NCBI GenBank assembly: GCA_910578455.1 | Contig: CAJTQA010000011.1 | Span: 302 to 64,301, forward strand | Origin: an uncultured Dorea sp. | GTDB lineage: Bacteria > Bacillota > Clostridia > Lachnospirales > Lachnospiraceae | Length of the DNA stretch: 64,000 nucleotides | Direction: 5' to 3' | Shown here: positions 9,853-18,433 of the stretch, in pieces | How the letters are laid out: each line of letters starts with the position of its first letter | How positions within the stretch are numbered: position 1 is the stretch's first letter | Translations under genes and position numbers: made by a program | The notes under the pieces: generated by a model | The model's input: the letters and a program-made list of their open reading frames with translations, nothing else | What the model was told of the DNA's origin: nothing | Databases searched by the model: none

Positions 9853-10542
9853 ATGAAAAAATTTGATATATTAAAGACCGTTCAATTGGTTCTTTTCATT
9901 GGTCTTGCATGCATCGGCCTGTTCAAGATACTGGCGGATGCAAGGCTTTACCATCTCGTCGCAACCGATCCGCAGATTCGTACCCTGTGCATACTGCTGT
10001 GGTCTGTGCTTGTCCTGTCCTTCCTGTTTATATTTTTGGACTTCAGTCATTTCTCTACTTTCAAGAGAGAATATAAGGAACTTGACTTTGCGGTATCTTC
10101 TGATCCGGTGTCCGGCATTGCCAACCGTTACAGCTGTGATACCCTGATAGAAAAATATCTTGACAAGCCTCTTCCTGACAACATCGGATGCATCACGCTT
10201 GATATTACGAATTTAAAGGAAATCAACAGATCTTACGGGCACCTTCGGGGAAATGACCTGATTCGTGAATTTTCCCTGATCTTGCAGACTGCATCTTCAG
10301 GTCTGTGCTTTGTAGGCCGCAATGGCGGAAATGAGTTTATTGCTCTTTTTGAAAATTGCAGCCGCGAGAAACTGAAAACCTTCCTCTCCGGTGTCAGCCA
10401 GCGGGTTTCCGAGCATAATGAGCACTCCGATGCCCTTCCTGTCTTTTTTCGTTACGGAGTTGCTTTTAACGAAGGCCATCCCAGTGGCTCTATCACTGAA
10501 TTGATCGCCCTTTCCGGCAAACGTGCCCGGCGCAGGAAATAA
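9853..10542 (+). CDS. Membrane protein with degenerate GGDEF domain (GGNEF)
   Basis: Two N-terminal TMs, DPVSGIANR, INRSYGHLRGN, GRNGGNEF. Confidence 0.88.
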   Translation: MKKFDILKTVQLVLFIGLACIGLFKILADARLYHLVATDPQIRTLCILLWSVLVLSFLFIFLDFSHFSTFKREYKELDFAVSSDPVSGIANRYSCDTLIEKYLDKPLPDNIGCITLDITNLKEINRSYGHLRGNDLIREFSLILQTASSGLCFVGRNGGNEFIALFENCSREKLKTFLSGVSQRVSEHNEHSDALPVFFRYGVAFNEGHPSGSITELIALSGKRARRRK

Positions 10543-10578
10543 ACGCTCATCGGATACATAGAAAGGTGGTTGCGAAAG

Positions 10579-10984
10579 ATGCCCACACTAGATTACAACT
10601 ACATAGCAGACCTGGTATCCCGCGCTGGTCATCGCATGGCTGAATCAGATTAATTTTCGCGTATGCTAAAATTTGCGAAAAAAACAGCAGCGTTATAATA
10701 AGGAAATGAATGATTATGATGATATGTACTCAGACGGCTCCAGAATCTCCCTCTCTTTTTCTGCGACAAATCCGGAAGATGAGGCGGTACAAAGTGATTC
10801 CAAAGAGTACATAATGAACCAGGTCTTGAAACTCCCCTTTACGGAGGCACAGGTGATCATCCTGAAATATTACAGAGACATGAAACACGACGACATTGCC
10901 CGCCTGATGGATATGAGCAGAAGTTCGGTGAAACGGTATCTTATCAGCGGAAGGGCGCGTTTGGGGAAAATATTGCAGCAGTAA
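10579..10984 (+). pseudogene. ECF sigma factor pseudogene (deletion/frameshift plus stop)
   Basis: RBS and ATG 10579 give MPTLDYNYIADLVSRA. It then jumps out of frame into LVIAWLNQINFRVC*, with TAA at 10667-10669 in frame with an intact region 4 (DDIARLMDMSRSSVKRYL). Confidence 0.8.
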
Positions 10985-10999
10985 GGGGAATTAATATCT

Positions 11000-11716
11000 A
11001 TGTTGCCATTTAGAAAAACAGAAGATCCTAAACTTAATATCAATGATGCCAGCGCCATACTGGAAAGGATATTTGAGGCAAACCATGTCGCACCAAATAC
11101 AATTTCCCTGGAGGAGCTGGTTTCCTACAGCAATTACCGGAAAGAACGTTTTGCCTTGCAGCGGATGATCCTCGTCCTTGTGATGGTACTGTTTTTGCTG
11201 CTCCCGTTCCTGTTTATCGCACCGTTTTTCAGCATATCCCTAAAGCCAGACAGCGCCGTCAACAATCCCGTTTACAGTGTCGAAGTAGATACTTTCATGC
11301 CCGTAGAGCGTATAACTGCCGCAATTGAGGGCCGCAATATACCTGTATATGAGGTGGCATCCCATGTTTATTCAATTGAACCTACAGTAAACGGAAAGAT
11401 GGAAGTAGCCGTCACCCTTGTAAACCGCCAGACCATAGTCCGGCATATTGATGTTATGAACGTTGATCTGGACACGCCCGACGTCCTTTCAAATTCCTTT
11501 GATGAGAAACACTTTTATCTGCGTGTATCAGACAGCGGCTCCGGTGTTAATTTTGAAAAGATCCGGGCTGTATCCTTAAGAGGAGAAGAAACCGCCCCTC
11601 TGTCCTGCGACGAGGCCTCCGGTCAGATCGTCTTCGCTTACCCGGAGGAGACCTTGAATGTCTATATTCCTGACAACGCAGATAATACGCTGCAGCTTGT
11701 TTTAACAGTTCCATAA
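11000..11716 (+). CDS. Single-TM membrane protein, candidate anti-sigma factor
   Basis: Directly follows the ECF gene; ~55-aa cytoplasmic N-terminus, TM, beta-rich extracellular part. Confidence 0.7.
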   Translation: MLPFRKTEDPKLNINDASAILERIFEANHVAPNTISLEELVSYSNYRKERFALQRMILVLVMVLFLLLPFLFIAPFFSISLKPDSAVNNPVYSVEVDTFMPVERITAAIEGRNIPVYEVASHVYSIEPTVNGKMEVAVTLVNRQTIVRHIDVMNVDLDTPDVLSNSFDEKHFYLRVSDSGSGVNFEKIRAVSLRGEETAPLSCDEASGQIVFAYPEETLNVYIPDNADNTLQLVLTVP

Positions 11717-11739
11717 TCTTAACGAAAGGAGGCTGTAGA

Positions 11740-12717
11740 ATGTATAAAAAGCCCTTTTGCATCTGTGTTTCATCTTTTGCGCTTATCTTTTCAGCCGCTT
11801 TTTTGTCCGGATGCTCCGGAGACACTTCCGAACCCGCAAGCGTCTCCGACCTGTTTGGTTCCTCGTCAGAAAGCGGGTCGGATGAAAACCATACCGATGA
11901 AAAGCGCGCTACCGTGCATGAATATCTCCTGCCGGAAGCAGCGGGAAAGGTCACTTACGGCAATAAGAATATTTCGATTGACGCATCCAACCTCTCGGAA
12001 GGTTATTTTATGGTTAAGTATGAAGGCGACGCCGACAAAGTAAAATTACAGCTGCATACCCCCGACGGAGAGACGTACACATATACTCTTGCTATAGGCT
12101 CTTATGAGGCATTTCCTTTATCAGCGGGAGATGGAGATTATCACCTTGAAGTATTGGAGCACGCTTACGATGATATGTACGCACTGGCGCATTCCGAAGA
12201 TCTCAAGGTCACGCTCAATGACGAGTTCCGGCCGTTTCTCTACCCGAACCAGTATGTGTGGTTTACGCCCGAATACAAAGCCGTGTCTTACGCTGCAGAG
12301 CTCTCGGACAAAGCTTCCAATGACCTTGACTATGTGGGGCTTGTCTACCGTTATGTTACAGAAAACATCAAATATGACGAGGAGCTTGCCGCCAATGTCA
12401 AATCAGGATACCTACCGGACATCGACAATACTATGGATTCAGGCAAAGGCATCTGTTTTGACTATGCATCCCTGATGGCCGCCATGCTGCGTTCCCAGGG
12501 AATCCCCACAAAGCTGGTGGTAGGATATTCCGGCGACGCGTACCATGCATGGATAAGCGTCTATCTGAAAGAAGCCGGATGGGTTGATAAAGTCATACAG
12601 TTTGACGGGAAGAGCTGGTCCCTCGTGGATCCTACCCTGGCAGCCAATAACAGCGGCCCCTCCGTAAAAAAATATATCGGCGACGGCAGCAATTATACGG
12701 AAAAGTACACTTATTAA
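11740..12717 (+). CDS. Transglutaminase-like domain lipoprotein
   Basis: Lipobox LSGC; Cys-His-Asp triad in GICFDYA, YHAW and VDPT. Confidence 0.9.
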   Translation: MYKKPFCICVSSFALIFSAAFLSGCSGDTSEPASVSDLFGSSSESGSDENHTDEKRATVHEYLLPEAAGKVTYGNKNISIDASNLSEGYFMVKYEGDADKVKLQLHTPDGETYTYTLAIGSYEAFPLSAGDGDYHLEVLEHAYDDMYALAHSEDLKVTLNDEFRPFLYPNQYVWFTPEYKAVSYAAELSDKASNDLDYVGLVYRYVTENIKYDEELAANVKSGYLPDIDNTMDSGKGICFDYASLMAAMLRSQGIPTKLVVGYSGDAYHAWISVYLKEAGWVDKVIQFDGKSWSLVDPTLAANNSGPSVKKYIGDGSNYTEKYTY

Positions 12718-12755
12718 TAGCAGATTCAAATAAAACAGATTTTTGGAGGAAGACT

Positions 12756-13811
12756 ATGAAACAGACAAACGCATTTGGAAAATCATTTTCCAGCATTGAG
12801 CTGGCATCCTTTTGCGGACAGGTCGCTCTGATCTTAAAATCAGGCATCTCCGCCCTGGAAGGACTCAACATCATGCTGGAGGACACATTTTCTCCCGAGG
12901 AGGAACCTATCTTAAACGCCCTGATTGACAGCATGCAGGAGACGGGAAGCCTGTACCAGGCTCTTGACGAGACAAAACTGTTTCCTTCCTACATGATCCA
13001 TATGGTGCAGATCGGCGAGGAAACCGGTACGCTCGATGAGGTTATGGCGGCGCTCCAGACCCATTATGAAAGAGAGGACGCAGTGAGCAAGAGCATCCGC
13101 AGCGCGGTGACCTACCCGATGATAATGACCGGCATGATGGTCGCGGTCATTATCGTGCTCCTGGTAAAAGTCATGCCCATCTTCAACCAGGTGTTCGTAC
13201 AGCTCGGTTCGGAGATGACAGGATTCTCCCGGATGCTTATGAATATGGGTACAGCGATTAACCGCTACTCCATCGTGTTCATTGCCCTGCTTATCCTTGC
13301 AGCAGTTTTCATATTGTACGGAACCCGCACGCAGTCCGGGCGGAATATGTGCCGGAATCTGGGCTACAAATTCTCCTTTTCAAGGGCAGTGTATGAGGAA
13401 CTTGCCTCCTGCCGTTTTGCAAGCGGCATGGCGCTTACGTTAAGCAGCGGATTAAATCCCGAACGGAGCATGGAGCTTGTAGATTCCCTGAATGACGACC
13501 CTCATTTCCAGAAAAAGCTGAATAACTGCCAGAGCCATATAAACGACGGAAAAGACCTTACAGATGCCCTGTTCGCGTCCGGCATCTTTACAGGGATGTA
13601 CGCGCGCATGGCATCAATAGGCTCAAAGACCGGATCCATGGATCAGGTAATGGATACCATCGCCTCCCTCTATCAGGACAACATTGACAACCGCATGAAT
13701 AATATCCTTGCCACGCTTGAGCCTACACTGGTCATTCTTTTATCCCTGATCGTAGGCGTTATCCTGCTGTCCGTCATGCTGCCGTTAATGGGAATCATGT
13801 CAAGCATCTAA
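12756..13811 (+). CDS. pilC: Type II secretion/type IV pilus platform protein (GspF/PilC family)
   Basis: Two T2SS-F repeats (GEETGTLDEV, GSKTGSMDQV), YP..TM and LEP..TM. Confidence 0.92.
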   Translation: MKQTNAFGKSFSSIELASFCGQVALILKSGISALEGLNIMLEDTFSPEEEPILNALIDSMQETGSLYQALDETKLFPSYMIHMVQIGEETGTLDEVMAALQTHYEREDAVSKSIRSAVTYPMIMTGMMVAVIIVLLVKVMPIFNQVFVQLGSEMTGFSRMLMNMGTAINRYSIVFIALLILAAVFILYGTRTQSGRNMCRNLGYKFSFSRAVYEELASCRFASGMALTLSSGLNPERSMELVDSLNDDPHFQKKLNNCQSHINDGKDLTDALFASGIFTGMYARMASIGSKTGSMDQVMDTIASLYQDNIDNRMNNILATLEPTLVILLSLIVGVILLSVMLPLMGIMSSI

Positions 13812-13824
13812 AAGGAGTATTGCT

Positions 13825-14154
13825 ATGAGCCGTTTTCAATATAAGAAACAATCAAATAAACCATCTGGTTTCCTCCTTTCTGTCTGTGTCTTCCTGGCAG
13901 TCATCCTCCTATTCATCGGGGGGCTTTCGTCTCTGTCGGACAGTACAATGAGACGGCAGAAAGAGAGTCTTGAAAATGCGATTACGCGCAGCGTGACTTA
14001 CTGCTATACAGTTGAGGGGGTTTATCCGGAGAATCTTGACTATCTGAAGGATAATTATGGCCTCATCTACGACGAGGATGCCTTCTATGTCGATTACCGC
14101 ATAATGGGAGCCAACATTCTGCCGGATATCACGATTATCGAAAAGGAGGATTGA
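13825..14154 (+). CDS. Pilin/pseudopilin-like small protein
   Basis: Basic N-terminus, G|FLLSV hydrophobic helix, GVYPENLDYL segment reminiscent of GspG/ComGC. Confidence 0.7.
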   Translation: MSRFQYKKQSNKPSGFLLSVCVFLAVILLFIGGLSSLSDSTMRRQKESLENAITRSVTYCYTVEGVYPENLDYLKDNYGLIYDEDAFYVDYRIMGANILPDITIIEKED

Positions 14155-14158
14155 GAGG

Positions 14159-14641
14159 ATGCGTTTTCGGCTAAAACAGCGGCATATGATAGATTTCTTA
14201 TTTCCTGTCGCGCTATTTTTCGTATTTGCGCTGTCAGCGCTCACTGTAATCCTGCTTGCCACGCAGATTTACCGATCCACAACTGAAAATTCTTCCCTGA
14301 ATTATACGGCAAGGACTTCTCTTTCCTATATCTCGGAAAAAGTCCATCAGAATGATTCCAGGCAGAGCATATCCCTTGGAACCTTTGACGGATACGACTC
14401 CCTGGTGCTGAAACATCAGAAAGGCGGCGAGACGTATTACACCTACATTTACTCCTGCCAGGATGAATTAAAAGAACTTTTTTTAAAAGAAGGCGCCAAG
14501 GCCGGCGCGTCTGCCGGGCAAACCATCCTGAAAGTACAGGACTTTTCTATGGAGGAAGTTACTGACGGCCTGTTTTCTATCCGATGCACGGACGAGTCCG
14601 GACGGACAGCGTCCACTCTCGTGGGAGTGCACAGCAACTGA
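14159..14641 (+). CDS. Pilin-like membrane protein (DUF4860-like)
   Basis: Basic N-terminus, long hydrophobic helix, beta-rich C-terminus with YTYIY..LKELF. Confidence 0.75.
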   Translation: MRFRLKQRHMIDFLFPVALFFVFALSALTVILLATQIYRSTTENSSLNYTARTSLSYISEKVHQNDSRQSISLGTFDGYDSLVLKHQKGGETYYTYIYSCQDELKELFLKEGAKAGASAGQTILKVQDFSMEEVTDGLFSIRCTDESGRTASTLVGVHSN

Positions 14642-14677
14642 CAAACACTAAACTATACAGAAAGGAAACCGTTTCTT

Positions 14678-15145
14678 ATGATTCGAAGAAACAGAGCACA
14701 ATCTTCCAGCCTGTTCCTGATGGAACTCATACTTGCAATCCTGTTTTTCTCGATTACAAGTGCTGTCTGCGTACAGTTTTTTGTGAAATCCCATCTCCTG
14801 AGCAAGGAATCTAAAACGCTGTCACAGGCAGTCAGCGAATGTTCCGGCATCGCGGAGATAATCAGCGTTTCAAACAGTGCCGATGCGGTGGCTTCCCTGC
14901 TTAGAGACAGGTATCCTGACAGCGATACAGGACAGGCTGCCGGTTCTCCTGCGGCCATATATTATGATGGCTCATTCTCTCCCTGCGGGGAAGGAGACGC
15001 CGTTTATACCCTTGAGGCAGTTCTGGCAGAGGAGGACGGCATGTTAAGTGCCAGGATGAAAGTAACCGGCCCCGATGATTCGCTCATCTACGAGCTGAGC
15101 ACCAGCCACCATATCCCAAGGAGGACAGACTATGAAAAAAGATAA
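14678..15145 (+). CDS. Type IV pilin-like protein
   Basis: MIRRNRAQSSS|LFLMELIL: basic leader with Glu at +5 of the hydrophobic helix. Confidence 0.75.
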   Translation: MIRRNRAQSSSLFLMELILAILFFSITSAVCVQFFVKSHLLSKESKTLSQAVSECSGIAEIISVSNSADAVASLLRDRYPDSDTGQAAGSPAAIYYDGSFSPCGEGDAVYTLEAVLAEEDGMLSARMKVTGPDDSLIYELSTSHHIPRRTDYEKR

Positions 15146-15641
15146 GAACCAATCGTCCTTTACGGCTATCGGCTCATCTTCGCTTTTAGTCGTATTCCTT
15201 GTATTGTGCCTGGCGACTTTTGCCATACTTTCCCTCTCCAGCGCGAAAAGCGACCACTCGTTTACCGAGCGGCTCTCAGCGCATAAAAGCCGTTACTACG
15301 AGGCATGCTCACAGGCCGAAACAATCCTCGGCAATATCGACCGGCTGCTAGAGCAGACTTACAGATCAGGCACGATGTCGCAAGAGGAATACTTAGATGC
15401 CCTCACCCTTGCATTAATGACCGCCAGCGAAACCCCATGCTCCTACAGCACAGAATCCGGAGAGCCGATCATATCCTACAATGTTCCGGTGGATGAAAAA
15501 CAGACGCTCTTCGTGGAACTAAAAGTAACGGACCCTTCGCAAAGCCCGAATTACTATGAGATACAATCCTGGCATGTTGCGCCTTCCGGCACATGGGAAA
15601 ACGACGGCTCCCTCGACCTTATGCCAGTTCAGCAGCCATAA
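15132..15641 (+). CDS. Pilin-like (PilX/GspK-like) membrane protein
   Basis: G|SSSLLVVFLVL hydrophobic helix without E5; GGAGG RBS; overlaps the previous gene. Confidence 0.7.
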   Translation: MKKDKNQSSFTAIGSSSLLVVFLVLCLATFAILSLSSAKSDHSFTERLSAHKSRYYEACSQAETILGNIDRLLEQTYRSGTMSQEEYLDALTLALMTASETPCSYSTESGEPIISYNVPVDEKQTLFVELKVTDPSQSPNYYEIQSWHVAPSGTWENDGSLDLMPVQQP

Positions 15642-15669
15642 GCATATTTATTTAATGGAGGTTTTCACT

Positions 15670-16725
15670 ATGAATTTACGAACAATCCTGGAGCAGGCAA
15701 TTGCGGAAAAAGCTTCCGATGTATTTATCGTATCCGGACTTCCCGTTTCCTTCCGAAAGGACGGCGTTATCGGCAGGATAAATGATGAAAAGCTGCTGCC
15801 GCCGGAAACAGAATCCCTCTTGACAGAGATTTACCAGCATGCCGGAAACAGAGATCTTAATATTTTATCCGATAACGGCGATGATGATTTTTCGTTTGCC
15901 ATCCAGGGCCTCTCCCGTTTCCGCGTCAGCGCATATCTTCAGCGGGGGGCCATGTCAGCCGTGATACGTATCATCACTTTTAATCTTCCGGATTTTAAGA
16001 CTCTTGGAATCCCCGAATATATCATACACCTTGGAGATGCCGGAAAAGGGATGGTTCTTGTCACCGGCCCCGCCGGCAGCGGAAAGTCAACCACCCTTGC
16101 CTGCATTATCGACCAGATTAATAAAAACCAGAAAAAGCATATCATTACGCTGGAAGACCCGCTGGAATATCTGCACAGACACGATAACAGCATCGTGAGC
16201 CAGCGCGAGATCAGCGTGGACACGGACAGCTATGTCACGGCATTGCGGGCGGCGCTGCGTCAGAGCCCGGATGTCATACTTCTTGGAGAGATGCGCGACT
16301 ATGAGACAATAAACGTTGCCATGACCGCTGCCGAGACCGGGCATCTTCTCCTGTCCACCCTCCACACGATCGGCGCCGCCAACACCATTGACCGGATCAT
16401 TGACGTATTCCCGGCAAGCCAGCAGAGGCAGATTGCGGTCCAGCTGTCTATGACATTAAGCGCAGTCGTATCACAGCAGCTTGTTCCCACCGTGGACGGC
16501 GGCGTAGCGCCCGCGCTGGAGATTATGACCGTAACGCCCGCCATCCGCAATATGATTCGGGACAACAAAGTACATCAGATTGATGGAATCATCTATTCCT
16601 CCATGAAAGAAGACATGATATCCATGGACGGCTCCCTCCTTAATCTGTGCAAGGCAGGAACCATCAGCCGTGATATAGCGCTAAAATACGCCTCCAATCC
16701 AGAAATGCTGGGGAAAAAGTTATAA
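15670..16725 (+). CDS. pilT: PilT-family type IV pilus ATPase
   Basis: ASDVFI, GPAGSGKST, LEDPLE, GEMRD, GHLLLSTLH and AIRNMIRD; GGAGG RBS before ATG 15670. Confidence 0.95.
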   Translation: MNLRTILEQAIAEKASDVFIVSGLPVSFRKDGVIGRINDEKLLPPETESLLTEIYQHAGNRDLNILSDNGDDDFSFAIQGLSRFRVSAYLQRGAMSAVIRIITFNLPDFKTLGIPEYIIHLGDAGKGMVLVTGPAGSGKSTTLACIIDQINKNQKKHIITLEDPLEYLHRHDNSIVSQREISVDTDSYVTALRAALRQSPDVILLGEMRDYETINVAMTAAETGHLLLSTLHTIGAANTIDRIIDVFPASQQRQIAVQLSMTLSAVVSQQLVPTVDGGVAPALEIMTVTPAIRNMIRDNKVHQIDGIIYSSMKEDMISMDGSLLNLCKAGTISRDIALKYASNPEMLGKKL

Positions 16726-16726
16726 T

Positions 16727-16772
16727 GAAAAGACCAGCCGGTTCGGTAATCTCCGGGCCGGCTGGCCTTTTT
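16727..16772. terminator. Bidirectional intrinsic terminator
   Basis: CCAGCCGGTTCGG-loop-CCGGGCCGGCTGG with A-run before and T-run after. Confidence 0.8.
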
Positions 16773-16786
16773 AATCTGTTGTTCCG

Positions 16787-17347
16787 TTATTTCGTCTTCC
16801 GAATGTAAAACTTTCCTCCCTGCAGCAGTATCTTCCCTTTTATCTGGCGTTTACCGACTGCACCGAAAGTTCTGGAATCCATGGAGGCTTCCCTGTTATC
16901 CCCCATTACGAACAGCTGATCCTCCTCTAGCGTCAGCGGGTATCTCACTGCACCCTCCTGGACAAATGTCCTTCCCTGAATATAAGGCTCATCTAAAATT
17001 TCCTCATTCAAATAGACGTTCCCGTCCTTTATCTCTATAGTATCTCCTGCTGCCGCAATAACACGCTTTACATAATACTTTCCCTCCGGAACGCGCACAG
17101 ATACCACATCTCCCGCCCTGTATCCAGCATTTATCCGAAAGTACATGACAACTTCGCCGCTCTTTAATGCCGGCTGCATCGAATCGCCCTTTATAAACGA
17201 AAATCCAACCACGAGACGGAAGACAAGAAAAACACCGGCAATTAATATGATAAATTTCCTGGCATCAATCAGCCACCCATATTTCAGACCGTCATATTTC
17301 CCGAGAATCCTTCTATTACTTTTTCTGCTCCTTCGGTTTCCGGCCAC
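16787..17347 (-). CDS. lepB: Signal peptidase I
   Basis: GDSMQP, YVKRVI and GDNR..SMDSR. Confidence 0.93.
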   Translation of the reverse strand: MAGNRRSRKSNRRILGKYDGLKYGWLIDARKFIILIAGVFLVFRLVVGFSFIKGDSMQPALKSGEVVMYFRINAGYRAGDVVSVRVPEGKYYVKRVIAAAGDTIEIKDGNVYLNEEILDEPYIQGRTFVQEGAVRYPLTLEEDQLFVMGDNREASMDSRTFGAVGKRQIKGKILLQGGKFYIRKTK

Positions 17348-17356
17348 GCTTTCACC

Positions 17357-18424
17357 TTATCCTTCTTCCTTAAACATCCTGAGTATCATATCCACCGAGC
17401 CTTTGATCCCATAGCTGGCGCTGTTGATGCACAGATCGTAGTTCATCGCTTTCCCCCACTCAAGGCCGGTATAGAACTTAAAATACTTCACATGTTTCTT
17501 ATCAAGCCTCTTAAGCATATCCCGGGCTTTTTTCTCCGACAGCCCTGGGTTTACCGACAGCACCCGCTGCAGCCTCTGCTCAAATGGCGCGGTAATGTAG
17601 ATGCTGATATGAGGAATATTGTTGTTGGCAAGAATCACGTCGGCACACCGCCCCATGACTACAAAGTCTTCTTTTCTCGCCATGTCGCAGATAAGCTGGC
17701 TCTGGTTAAAAAATACCGCGTCTTTCTTCGGCAGCCCGTGATAGCGGCCAAAGTCTTTAAATCTCCTGCTGAGCGTCACTTTCTGCTCATCTGCGAATGC
17801 CGGGCGTGTATTCACATACCGGTCCTTATTCTCCTGGTCTAATATGTAAGGGAATCCCCCTTTGTCAAGCACATTATCCCGCTCAGCGTCAAGCCTTCTC
17901 AACACCTCACTGAAGATTTCCGCGTCATAATAATTAATCTTAAGCTTATCCGCAAGCGTAAAGCCGATCTCGCTGCCTCCGCTGCCAAAAGTACGGCCAA
18001 TGCAGATGACAGTATGGTCATTCTCGGAAAAGCGGTTGTGCAGATTGGTCTTATTAAGCCTTGAGCGCTCCTCATTGAGCACATCCCCCTCGGCAAAGCT
18101 GGTAGGAAGGCTTGTAACCTCCGTAAGGATCCTGTCATATTCTCTCATCAGCTCTTTCTTTGTCTGATCGTCACGGACGGTACGCGCCATATTGCTGATA
18201 AGAGCCAGGTCGCTACGCACGATATGCCCCTGATTACGGGCCAGCAGCTCCCATACAAGTTCGTCCACGCACCGCTCCCTGTCTTTTGTAAACACCCGTC
18301 CAAGGGAAGATCCGAGGCACTGATACACTTTCGTATCAAGGTCATAAATCTGCTCCGCCAACACGCGGAGCTCCTTTTCATCATACTTTGACGATCGTAG
18401 TTCCTCCTGAGTGCAAACCATCAC
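17357..18424 (-). CDS. Cytidylate kinase-like family protein with N-terminal extension
   Basis: ICIGRTFGSGG, VMGRCAD and NYDLCINS. Confidence 0.85.
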   Translation of the reverse strand: MMVCTQEELRSSKYDEKELRVLAEQIYDLDTKVYQCLGSSLGRVFTKDRERCVDELVWELLARNQGHIVRSDLALISNMARTVRDDQTKKELMREYDRILTEVTSLPTSFAEGDVLNEERSRLNKTNLHNRFSENDHTVICIGRTFGSGGSEIGFTLADKLKINYYDAEIFSEVLRRLDAERDNVLDKGGFPYILDQENKDRYVNTRPAFADEQKVTLSRRFKDFGRYHGLPKKDAVFFNQSQLICDMARKEDFVVMGRCADVILANNNIPHISIYITAPFEQRLQRVLSVNPGLSEKKARDMLKRLDKKHVKYFKFYTGLEWGKAMNYDLCINSASYGIKGSVDMILRMFKEEG

Positions 18425-18433
18425 ACATACCTC

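Noticed and set aside
15556..15669. N-terminal extension of PilT in the ORF track
   Set aside because: It overlaps the upstream gene; the RBS supports ATG 15670
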